From NCBI RefSeq assembly GCF_000315625.1, contig NW_005434671.1, positions 572,130 through 636,129 on the forward strand: a stretch of 64,000 nucleotides of DNA, in the 5' to 3' direction. This document shows positions 25,429 through 37,012 of this stretch, piece by piece. This stretch comes from Guillardia theta CCMP2712 (lineage: Eukaryota > Protista > Cryptophyta). The position numbers and the translations under genes are program-made. Every line of letters begins with the position of its first letter. Within the stretch, counting starts at the first letter, position 1. The notes below the pieces were generated by a model. The model had not been told where the DNA came from. It worked only from the letters and a program-made list of their open reading frames with translations, and did not search any database.

Positions 25429-26684
25429 AGTACTACATGCAGTGGATACAAAAGATTCAGGATCTGTTGATTTATTGAGATGCTTTGATAAGAAATATCA
25501 TCATTGAAATTCAGCCTGCAAGCAAACTTGGAATGCAGTTGTTGTCATTTCAAGCAGAACCATGCTGGATCAATCCCAACACCAGCCTGTCACAAAAATT
25601 CGGCCTTTCATATTCTCTCCAACCCAAAGCTGTCTTGCTCTTCATCTAATTGTGTGCAATTTTCATAGCCAGCTCATGCATCTGCCTCATCTGCTTCTAC
25701 ATAAATGTTGATCTCCTTTACTACTTGCTCAAATCTTCAACTTGCTTTCCTCGATCATTCATTTTCATACCTCCTGCTTCGGCTCACCATCTGATGTATC
25801 TCTAACCTTACCAGCTCCACGTCACTCTACGGTGTCCCTGCTCATGGTCTTTTTGCCTTCCATTAGTTGACTTTGACCGCCTTCTCTCCTCTTGCCTGTT
25901 CTGTTGGACTGGACTCACTTATTGTACCCTACTTCTGTCCATTCCTCTCTTTCTCTCTCCTCTTCCATCCCCACTGTTCCTCTCTTTTCTTCATTTCTGG
26001 TTTTTCTTCCTCTCCTCCCCTTCCCTCTTATCTCCTTCTCCACCTCTGATTTTTCTCTTCCTCTTCCCAACTTACTCCTCTCCTTTTCTTCCATCTCTTC
26101 TCCCTCTGCTCCCCTTCTCCTTCCCTCCTCCCTCAGATCTCAAATTCAAAATCTCTCTCACCAAGCTCGCCTCAATAAAGTACCCTACCCCCCTCTTTCT
26201 ATCATGCAATGGTCATCGAGGGTGGGTTGTTGGGAAGAGCGCGGGAAGCGAGCAGGGAATGGCGAGAGGGAGGGCGTAAACGGTGCAGGGAAGCCGAGGT
26301 AGAGTGAAGAGAGAGGAAGAGAGAAGAGGGAGAAGAAGAAGAAGAAGAAGAAGAAGAAAGAGGTAGAGTGAAGAACAACATCAAACAGCGAGCAAGCAAG
26401 CTCTAGTGGAAGCGATCGTTTTCAATCAACACGCATAGCGGGATCTGTCGAATCATCCACTACAAACCAGCAATCACAGGTCACACGTAGATAAGCTTGC
26501 TTCAGCGGTCACTGGGTTGAAGAGATCAAATCAGATTCAAAACAGAAGTGAAACATCATCAAAAATTGAAACAAGGAAGCAAGCTCGTGCGTTCTTCCTC
26601 TGAATTGGTTTATGTCGACCAACATAAGTTAATCATCCAAGATCGTACACATCCATTGCACACGTTTCTTCTCTTTATCTCGGA

Positions 26685-29448
26685 ATGCAAGTTTACATCA
26701 GGACTAGTACGATGTGCATGAGTGGGCGAATGTTGTCAATGCTGCTGTTGGCGCAAGCTTGTTTGGCCCTACAGGCATGGGGTGGGCATATCGATGTGGA
26801 AAGTCTCGCGGCTCTCAGTGGCAACTCGGTGCTGAGAGTACGTGGAGGAGGACCGCACAACAACAAGGACAAGGTGAGACTGGATGAACGAACGGAGGGG
26901 GAGGGGGAGGGGGGAGAGGGGAGGGAACGGGGGGGGGGGGGGCGAAAGTCGCAATGGCAGACTAATCTTGGTTGAACAGGCCGGGGACTCAACGAAGTAT
27001 AAGCGCGAAGTGTATGAGAAGATCCAGAGAGAAGTGACGGACAAAGTGCGATCTCACTTCCAGGACCAACTGAAAGATGAAAAGATACGAAAAGTGCGGG
27101 AGAACTCGCGCAGCCGCAACAGGGCGAGGGAGACGTTCAGGAGGTCGAGAGGGGCTGCGCTGCCTTCCACCAAGAATCGAGTGAGAAACATCGAGCGAAC
27201 ACTTGCGCGGAAGGGCGATTCCATCCCCGAAGACGTGAAGGAGAAGATGAGGCAGCGGATCGCTCAGCTGAAGACGGAGTACGAGGAGATCGTTTTGGCT
27301 GACAAGGAGAGGAAATATTCGATACGCTACCGAAAGGTGAAATTCTTCGAGAGGAAGAAGTTGGAAAGAATGCTTTCTCGGAATGCTAAGGAAATCAGGG
27401 AATCGGATCCAAACAGCGCAGAGTTCGCCCGGTTGACTTCAGATAGAAAGCAGATGCTGGAGGACCTGCAGTACGTCCTTTACTTCCCACGAGACATGAA
27501 GTATGTCTCTGTGTTGAACAATGACCGGGAGACCATTGCGCGCCTTCGATCTTCTCCTGAGTTCCAGAAGAAGATGTCGAGGGCAAGGCAGATCGTGCTT
27601 GCTTACAGAGCACTCAAATTGAACCAGACGTCAACCGAGAAATTGAAACCTACAGAATCAAGAAAAGTCGCATACCAAGGAACGGAAGCGGAAGATGTAG
27701 AGAAGAAAAGAGAGTCTCCCGTGGGAGGAAAAGACAGAAAAGAAGGAAAAGCATCGGAGAAGAAGAAAGTTCGCCAGGAGGTTACACAAGAACAAGAACA
27801 GGAGAATGAAGATGAAGCTTCCTCCATTTCCGCTGGCTCTGTAAGCGATGGATTCATGGAGAGGATGAGGCAGGAGCAGCAGAGGTACACTACTGAGATC
27901 TCCAAGCTTCGTGACGTCTCCATTGCACCTGCTGAAAAAGCACCTGACAACTCAGGAGCAGCTTCAATGTCTGAGGACGAGCACTCGAGCCAAACGCATT
28001 TCTTCTCGAGCGGAGAGCAACGTGGAGCGCAAGAGCACGCCAAGCATCTGATGGAGACGCTCAAAGCAGATCCAATAGACGATGAGAGCGGAGAGGAAGA
28101 AATTCCTGGATTGAAACAATTCCTTGGAGTTGAAAGCGACCCTTCAGAAAACGAGATACGGCGCAGGAAACGATACAACGCAGCTGAAAACTGTTTGAAT
28201 GCTGGAGACTCCTCATCCGAAGGAGACAAAGCAAGATCAAAGCAAATCCAGGACAAGAGAGCGAAGGCCAATGGGCGGGCGAAGCAAGACAGCAATACGA
28301 GGGAGTCAGCAAAGAAGACAGGCAAAGTGAGGAGTAATTCGCCAAGGGAGGATCAGGAAGGTTTTCTTGATACCAACCCTTTCTCAGTGGAATCCTCTCC
28401 CTCCAAGCAGAGGGTTTCACGTCCTGTGACACTCAACAGCGGCCGAGCCTTTCCCGCGGCACCCCATGATATGCAAGGACAGACCGGAAAGGAAAACTAT
28501 TCAGGGATGGACAAAGGGGAACAGAAACAGACCCTGAGCCACAGGAAGCGATCAGCCGTGAAGCAGCTGCGGCAAGAGCTGAACAGCAAGACCGAAGCGG
28601 AAGGCATGAGCAGCTCGGAGCTAGAAGGCAGTGCGAAGGAATGCTTCAAGTCGGAAGCTCGTAGGAAGGTGAAGCATGTTGAGTCCTCCATGGAAGAGGA
28701 GAACTCCTCGCAAGTCGTCAAGAACCGTCACTCCAGAAGGACGCCTACTGCCTCAGCCCTCGCTGCTGAGACTCCCAAGTGGAAGCGGCAGGGCCGGGAG
28801 AAGCGGAAGGAAAGGTCGCTGGCGCGGGAGAGGCAAGCGGCTGACTCCGAGGAGAAGGACATCGACGTCTTGTTTCGAACTCCTGCCAAAGACTCTAGGG
28901 GCCACAGTAGTCATGTGGAGCCTTGGCAAGAGTCTCCCGGTGGTGCGTCAGGCCAACCCTCGCGGGTCAAGATCCGAGAAGCAGCTGGAGGATGCGAAAC
29001 TCCGAGGACGGAGGTGACGAGGCTTGACTTCACCCCCAAACTCACGACCAGCCGCACGCGCATGCTCGCACGGAGCCCGCGCGCCATGCCTGAAGACGAC
29101 CTACTGCGGACACCTCATCTGCCGTTCTATCCAGAAGCCAGCGAATCCGAGGGGTCAGTGCATAAATCTTCATCCAAGGACAGGCGGAGGGAGGGAGGAA
29201 AGCTGGCAGAGGCGACTGCTGCATCCTCCAGCAAATCGAGCGGTAGGAGAGAAGAGGAGAGCCCCAAGAAGGCTTCTCTCACCCCCAGATCTCTCAAGCC
29301 TGTCTCAACTCCAGACAGAACCAGGCGAGTGCTTGACGATATCAACACCTTCTTAGACAAGAGGAAGGAGAAGAAACAGCTGAGCTCGGCGGAAGTTCTG
29401 GTTGCTCGAGCCGCGTGTTCACACTCTAGAAGGAAAACTGCAAAGTGA
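26685..29448 (+). CDS. EFG1: rRNA-processing protein Efg1 with N-terminal signal peptide and long charged C-terminal tail
   Basis: 'KNRVRNIERTL..KYSIRYRKVKFFERKKLER..DLQYVLYFPRDMKYVSV' is the Efg1 signature. Exon 1 (to 26873) joins 26980 in phase 0 via GTGAGA...ACTAAT...CAG. Confidence 0.85.
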
Positions 29449-29580
29449 GGTAGAGGTGCATATGTCGTGAAGGTGGATGTTGTATAAAGTTTCAATGGAG
29501 TAAACATAAAACAACTCAAAGCTCGCCATCCCTCATAAAATACACATCAGATCTTTGAGGTGGTTTGCCAGCGATCAAGC

Positions 29581-30046
29581 TCAACGGTTCTTTCCGTATC
29601 CGAAGATGCCGTTGTTGTTCACTGTTCCCCAGTTCCAGTTGAGAGGAGTAGGCTTGTCCACGTTGTTCAGGAAGGCGAAATCTGCAAAGAAGACTGACTG
29701 GAGGCGAGCGAGCCGAGGCGTCGGGACTCACCTGGGTCAACTGAACAATCAGGGTCGTCGCTGCTGTCAGTGGGGTTGAAACTGCGTCACGTTGCAGTCA
29801 AGACACTGCAGATGCAGAGGTTACAAGCAAACCTAATGTTGTCCCAGTTGGTCGTTGGCCCCGCGTTCTGACAAACAGAGTTACACCAACCACAAGCAAG
29901 ACACGCAAGAGCGTACGCATATGCCATCGTAAGCTGCCTTCCTGAGTAATTGAAACCTGAACAAATGCGTGAATCCTCTCAGAAAGGTAGGTTTGCGAAC
30001 GACAAAACATCAGCAACTAACACACCGAAAGATGTATTGGCAGCAT
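29581..30046 (-). CDS. Small multi-exon orphan protein (start uncertain)
   Basis: Three short GT-AG introns join YDGIC|NAGPTTNWDNIS|FNPTDSSDDPDCSVDP|DFAFLNNVDKPTPLNWNWGTVNNNGIFGYGKNR* in one frame; not captured by the ORF track. Confidence 0.55.
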
Positions 30047-30926
30047 GATGGATGGCAAGGAATATTATGAATTGTAGGGAGGGATAATTGAATATAAAAT
30101 GCCATGGCTGAGAATGGAGACGCTCAATGAAAGGCAGCATGAGAAGAAGACGGCAGGCGCGGAAGAATTTATCATACAAGCTGTGAGAAGACGACACTAT
30201 GACTTGAGGAGAACAAGGCTTTTGTGAGAACGAGAAACGTTGAACCGTGTAATATCAATGATCATCGTCACCAGATTCATTATCTATATCATCACAATAT
30301 TTTGTCGCATCGCCACCATCACCATCACCATCGTCACATGTCATCCATCTATCTCTCTCCTCTGTGAGTTTCATCCTTTCAAGTTCTGCTGCATGCGACT
30401 CCAAGCTTTGAAGGTCAAACTTACATGGCGCTCAAGGCTGTTCCGGAAATAGCACAGCAGTTAAATTTTCAGACTATCCGTTACTTTTATAATTCGGACT
30501 CCCGCGGCGGGCGCCGGGCGCAGCCGCGGTGACTCCGGGCGGCGGCACAGCCCGGCCTGCCAGTGAAGAGCCGCCTGGCAGTGGGCGGCCGGCGCTCCCG
30601 GTCAGGCCCTGATCACCGTGACTGTGGCACCGTGATGGGACAGCAGTCGGCTGTCCGATCACAGGCTGTCTTCAAGTTTCGAGTCTCTGAGAGTCTCGCC
30701 GCGTTTGCCCAGCACGGTGACTCGGCCGCTGAGCCGCCCGGGGCCGGCCCGGGCCCGGTCCGATCAGATCCGGGAGTCCCCGGCCCCGGCACATGAATGC
30801 GGCCGTCCGATGATGAGGCGTTAAGTGAAGGTATCAGTTAAGTTTGGGGGACAGCAGTTTTATTACTTGCAGTGCGGCTCGGAACCATTGAAACGGACGT
30901 AACGGTTCTGAACCAACGGCTGCACC

Positions 30927-32505
30927 ATGGCCGAGCACCATGCGCTGCTAGCGCGGCATCATGAGGGTCTCCTGCCTCCCCTCGAGCCCCACCTCCCGTC
31001 CTATCGTGACCCCTCAGCTGTTTCTGCGTTCCTTCCCGGATCGGTGGGACAGGCTGCTCTCCATCGTGGCAGCGATGTGCTTTCAACCAGGTTCCCCTAC
31101 CCTGACCCAGCAGCTCACGAGCCACACCAGCCGTCTGTTGCATATGGGCGATCAGCAGTTTCCAAGACGCTACGAGTTCTCAAGGACCTTAGTGAGCAGC
31201 CAGAGGAGGAGGGTCAAGGAACCGCCGACCTCAAGAAGAAGAACCTGAAGGTATTGCTGGAATGCCTTGTGGACCATTCGAGCATTGGGGAAGCAATCAT
31301 GCAAGGAGAGGATGGAGATGGGCTGGCTTTGCTGAAATCGTTGCTCTCGGATAGTGAGGCAGATGTGAGGAGGTATACTGCAGAAGTGATCAACAGATAC
31401 TCGACACTGCTGCAAGGACGAAAGCAAATATGCGTTAGCGGATGTGTCGAAATGTTGGCGGATCTCCTCCAGGACCCCAGCTCTGCAGACGTTCGAATAG
31501 CAAGTGGGAAAGCGCTGAATCATCTTGTAACTGCCATGGATGCTCGGGACGAGATCTGCAACCATCCTGAAGGACCTGCGGTGGTGGTTAAGGTCGTCCG
31601 TGCGCTCCTGGCGATTTCAGCGAGGGATTCAGAGGTATATGCACTTCGCCATGCTGCATGTTCTGATGGTTTTGCGGCTAGATTTCGACACCCTCCTTGA
31701 TTCCTATTCTCTACGAGTGCCTATCACATCTCTTGGTAGCTGAAAAGGCCACGGAGGTCTTGCATGCTTTTGCCAAGGTGAATTTGCTGAGATGCTTTCA
31801 AGCTCGCTTTGCAAGAGGATCTGGTTCCGCTTCTGATACACACGCTGAAACGAAGAATGCACAAAGTAGCAAGTCTCAAAGTTCTTGTAAGTTTCTGGTT
31901 GGACATCACGTTGTCTAAGTGTCCAGTTTAAGGTTTCTCTATGCGGCCATTCACAAGGAAAACGGGCAGCCATTGACAACGGAGGATTGCAGGTGCGAGT
32001 CTGCGATAGTGAGAAGCGTAACTGACATCATCAGCAGGCTATCTGTGGCATGCTTACCAGCCAAGAGACTGTTGAGCGTCAGGTTTGTGTAAACTTTGCC
32101 TTCAATCACCCCGTCATCCTTGACTCTCAGCTCTCCGCACGAGCAACTTTACTGATGTGCGTCGACGAAAGTGGGAAACACAAAGCAGGGATTCTAGTTC
32201 CAAATCTTGTACAACAGGTGAATATAATGCTCGTTTGCTGAATTCAGATGTAGCTAACCAGAATTCAGCTGTATTCGACAGATCATGATTTGTACAAAAA
32301 TGCGCTTCTTGCAATCAGATCAATCTCTGAGTCGCCAAGTACACGTGTTCTAGTTATGAAGGTATGTATCGACTCCAGTACTGCTCCTTTGAATACGATT
32401 CAGGCACTTGAAGATGATCCCGAAATGCAAGCACGAGTTCACAACGACCACCGTGTCCACCTCGCCGCCTTTCGATACGAGACGGGCAGTCCTTCAACAG
32501 CCTGA
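30927..32505 (+). CDS. RSPH14: Armadillo-repeat radial spoke protein 14-like
   Basis: 'PSVAYGRSAVSKTLRVL' resembles the RSP14/RTDR1 N-terminus, followed by ARM repeats (QGRKQICVSGCVEMLADLL, QGKRAAIDNGGL, ESGKHKA); short introns. Confidence 0.7.
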
Positions 32506-32612
32506 CTTTACTACGGTCCAAGTGAGAAGCCGTCGAAATACAGAGTTTTCTATTATCTGGCGCTATATGTACATAAGGACGGTTGAATTTCGCATATGCA
32601 AGACTACTCGTC

Positions 32613-33265
32613 TCATGCTGTGTCATGTCCTCTTGCAAAATATGACAGTCCCCGATATTCATTGTTATATTCACGCTGAGCGTGATGTGCCTGCAAAGAA
32701 GGTCATGATGGAAGGATTGTCGCAAACAGAGCAAGAGGTGAGTATGAAACGAGGTGATCAACAAGAGGTTGGATAGTCTGCAATGTGCATGATGATTGGA
32801 GAAGATCATACCTCGTCAATGAAGGAGTCGTCAAGACACCCAATGAACTGATAGCGCTCGGGGTCCTTACATCACGTATTAGCCAACAAATCAAAGGGAT
32901 GAATCGAATGTGGTCACCAGCTGGTAACGACTATCAATCTCCGCTCGGATTTCTCTCGGCAACGGCTCTTCATATCCTTCTAGGGTTCCCGGATGGCTCG
33001 GTGTGCTGAAGCTGTGCTCTGGAACGCCGGTGGCAGTGTCCAGGAAATGTCCTTCACAGAGCATTTGAACGCGCGCTGGCTGTCGTTGCATTCGATTTAA
33101 CATTACTGCTCCGCTCGGTCGAGAGGGTAGGACGACAAGAAGTAGGCATGTGACGGCGAATGCACAGAGAAGGACAGGAAGCATAGCGAGTGGAAGGGGC
33201 ATGTTGCTGTTCCTCCTCTGCCGCCTCTCCTCCTGCTCTACTCCGATGCTACCATACGACACCAT
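32613..33265 (-). CDS. Small type II membrane orphan protein
   Basis: MVSYGSI, a TM helix, 'PARVQML'; spliced continuation DPERYQFIGCLDDSFIDE|TIQPLVDHL|AHHAQREYNNEYRGLSYFARGHDTA*. Confidence 0.65.
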
Positions 33266-35083
33266 GAAGAGCCGCCTGATGTAACTTGTAACGATTTGAA
33301 ACGGACTCAGTATGCTATTTTTGCTAGGCCCAGTAAACTTGACTCTTGAAAAGGGCCCGGGGGCCGCCTCCGACTGTCAGTTGAAAGTTGACTTGAAACT
33401 CCGACAGTCCCGGAGTCCGGGACACTGTGACGCGGTGAGACTCCACTGTGAGCCTCACGAGTCACGTGACGGTCTCCGTCAATTCATAATTCTCGGAACT
33501 TTGGACTCAGCCACGGTCACCCCGTAGCCGCGCCGATACTCGGATACGCGGCGGCGAGAAGAGAAACTTTCGGAAGCCTTACAGCGAGCCTGAGAACAAT
33601 TCCCGGACAGTGGCCACTAAGTTTACGGAGGCTAACCGTCAGCTCTGAGTCTGCACCACCGCCGGTCAGCCTCCGAGGCTCCGAGGCTCTGCCGCCGCGG
33701 CGCCGCGGCGCCACTGGGCCAGGCGCTGCCAGTGAGCCGGAGCGGCGGCGGCGGACCGTACGGTCCGGGCGGCGACTCGTCACCGGTGACTCGGGATCAC
33801 GATGATGATCACAGTGACTGATCGGATTCGACTCAGTCGGGTGACTCCCCGGGCGGCGGGCCGGGAGCCCAGCGGCACGGACTCCGGTACGGTCGGCGAT
33901 GATCAGTGTCCGAGTCCGAGACCGTACGGCCCGATCCGATGATCATCGCCGGAGTCGGATCGGGCTACCCGGTACCGTGATACTAGCCGGCGTGACTCCG
34001 TCACTGGCACCACTCGTCAGTGACTGTCACACTGTGTACCCGGTCACTACCGTCCGTACCGTACTGCAGGCCGGGCCGGGCCCGGGGCACGGTGACGCCC
34101 GCGGCCGTACGGCACTCAGCGGCGGCCGCGATTGAACTTTCGAAGGCCGCCCGGTACGGTACGGTACGCCGGTACTACGGTACGTTAGTCACCCGCTGCC
34201 AGCGAAGCACACCGTGGCACCGTGTGACAGGTGACCGGCCCGGATTATGTTAATCACCCCCATGGCCCGTGAGAAGTTGATCGGACAGTGTCTCAGTCAC
34301 TGTCTTCTGTCAGTGTGAACGTTCGCTGAGCGGCTTGTATGTCCCGTGCCAATAAAACCTGACTTTTAAAGTCTAAAATGAACTTTGAGAGGGATATATA
34401 ATTATTGTCCACCTTGAACTCGTACTGCTCTAAAAGTTATATATAAATATTTAAATATACTTTTAATCGCTTCTATGAGTGTCGGACCTGCATGCTGCTT
34501 TCCGGCTACGTACCTGCTGCCGCATGCTCCACCATCAGGTGTACCCCACCCTTGGATATTCATATTCATGGGAATAAAACGGGTGGTGTCCTTAATAGGG
34601 TCCGGCTTACAATTATGCGTATCGGCCCTGTGTAAAAGAGGCAGCCCTCAACAATTCGTACCATGAAGAGTTTGTATGAGCTATAACTCAATTTTGAAGT
34701 ATAAACTATAGTATTGAGTTGTACTGTAAGCAATCATCCTATACAATTTTCACATATATTATTTTAAAATACAACCCTTATATATATAGAACAAATATAG
34801 ACTTAAAACAATTCTACAGCTCCGAGCGAACGCGCATGGGAACAGCATCTTCGCAAGAGCGGATGTGCTGACCCTCCTCTCACATCCCCCCCCCTCCTCC
34901 CAGCTTCCTTGGAATCCGGCTGCCTCAAAACATCTATCCTCTTCTGGAGTTGAGATTGAGCTCATATTCCACGTGACTCCTTCCAGTTTCAGTCACTAGT
35001 CTCTCGGACCTGAAAACAGGGAATGAGCGGATCCTCTCCGGTCGCCTGAGGCACTGAGTCACGAAGGGATCTCTTGAATCGAA

Positions 35084-36067
35084 GTGATGACTGTTGAAAA
35101 CAGAACCGTGAAGATCTGCAGCGTTGCAGACCCTTCCTCGCCCGACGCAAACGGGGTTTCTTGCGATAACTCTTACATTCTGTATTACCAAAGAACTTGC
35201 GACTTCCGGTCATGTCGATCAAAGGTTTGTAAGTTGAAAGCGACATGTGACCATCCTTTCACGGTCACTAGAGTAGAGGACTCTCAATGTGAGTTCCTGG
35301 GGAAGCAGCAGGATCTTGTTGGGCTGAGCCTGGACGAGGCTGCGGGATTCAGTGTCACCTCGTCATGGACGTTCAAGAGGGCAGTTTTCCTTGCCATGTC
35401 CAATCCAGGGTACCACGTATCGTTCACACTAGAAAGACCTGCACAGATGCAGCTCTATTTCTTTGTTATGACGATGGAGGATGTAGAGGACGCTCCAGGT
35501 CAACTTGCCCTGGAGAGCTTCCGCATTCCACAGGAATCGCCCGTATCTTTGGAGCCCATGGCACATTCCAGCAAGCAAAGTAACCTTCTCTCGAGCTCAT
35601 TCTCGTCGTGGACAAGCACAATCTATGAGCCAGAAACAATCTTGAATTTCAACCAAGATGACTCTTGCCACATTCGTATGGAGGACAGGCAGCTAGTGGG
35701 AGCCACCAGGAACCCACTAGAAATGCAGCACACTCAAGCATTCATTGCAGCTGACCTCGTGCGACGAGTTTCCATGAAAAAAAGCGCTTGCAATGGGCAA
35801 GGTGCAGAGGGATCGGATGTGAAAAGGGGATGTTTCAGCCATATTTGTAGAAATATCATGCACTTTCATCGCAAGTCAAAGGATTTTCCAGATCCGACAG
35901 CCGATTCCAACAACGATTTTGTGCCTCCTCAGATATCATTGCACTTCGAAGATTCTGCATGCAATTCCACTTGCAATATGGAGCATAAATCAGATAAGCA
36001 GGAATATGAAGATCGTGTCAGAGCTGATGGAGCAGGCTCGCAGAAGATGAAAATTCATAAGAAGTAA
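35084..36067 (+). CDS. Intronless hypothetical protein (327 aa)
   Basis: Long open frame in moderate-GC DNA with ordinary amino-acid composition; no family recognised. Confidence 0.55.
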   Translation: MMTVENRTVKICSVADPSSPDANGVSCDNSYILYYQRTCDFRSCRSKVCKLKATCDHPFTVTRVEDSQCEFLGKQQDLVGLSLDEAAGFSVTSSWTFKRAVFLAMSNPGYHVSFTLERPAQMQLYFFVMTMEDVEDAPGQLALESFRIPQESPVSLEPMAHSSKQSNLLSSSFSSWTSTIYEPETILNFNQDDSCHIRMEDRQLVGATRNPLEMQHTQAFIAADLVRRVSMKKSACNGQGAEGSDVKRGCFSHICRNIMHFHRKSKDFPDPTADSNNDFVPPQISLHFEDSACNSTCNMEHKSDKQEYEDRVRADGAGSQKMKIHKK

Positions 36068-37012
36068 GTTGACGCTAACGAACTTTCACATCTTGTTTCC
36101 ACTGATTTGCGCTTGTTTTGCAGATTTTGGAGATTGTTGCGAAAACCACGAAGTGTTCCGTTCAAGTCGAACTCCGTCACCCGGTGAGGGAGTATGAAGC
36201 CTTGAAGTCACGGCAGTGTACTGTATTGAAGTTGATCAGGCCGGGATTCTGATATTATGATCATTAAGAGTATTGTTTCCATTCAAAATTCCGTTCCCGG
36301 CCGACTCCCGGAGCCTGGTCTGGGCAGTCGGACCCGGCCTTTGACAGAGGCTGAGCCTTGCGTCACACTCATCATACTGAGCTCGGAGTCACCTGAGCCT
36401 ACCGGGGCTGCCAGCCTGCTGAGGCGCGGCGGCTGCGGCACCGTGGCACCGTGCCTCCGAGCTCCCCGGCGCCGCGGTCCGGGTCACCGGGCCAGCGGAG
36501 TCATGCCGCTGCCGCCGATCAGTCCGACCTCTGTATCCGATCATGGCAAGCCTGTAGGATCAGTGGGTGGTACCCACACTCCCCAGTGCCCCCGGCGGCC
36601 GGGCCCCAGGCCCGGGCCTGCCCGGCGCCGCGGCCGCCAGGGACAACGGTGGGCCAGCCTCGGAACTTGAAAAGAGAGCTGGGGATGAGGGGGGCCAGAC
36701 GACCCATTTTAACAAAAAACTTGCGTCTTTACTACCCCTCCTTTTTCCCAGATGAAGCTGGGTACTACAAGAGCTCACAAGCCACCCCCTGACACCTTCG
36801 ATGGAACGAGGGAGGCAGGAGGGGGTGGGGTGAGTCTAAATGGGGTAGGGGCAGAGCGGATGTGAGCTGATATTGGGTGGGGGTAGTAGACTGGGGATAT
36901 CGAGGGGTCTATTCAGATAGGGTGAGGGATTTCTGAGGTGGGTAAGGTACTCGATACTGGGGTGGTTTGTAGGAAGATAGGGGGGGTTGGGGTACATCGC
37001 CAGCTCATCGGC

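Noticed and set aside
33517-34253. ORFs within GC islands (also 14210-15022, 30474-30796, 36257-36792)
   Set aside because: R/G/P/A-rich low-complexity translations expected from high GC; no motifs recognised.
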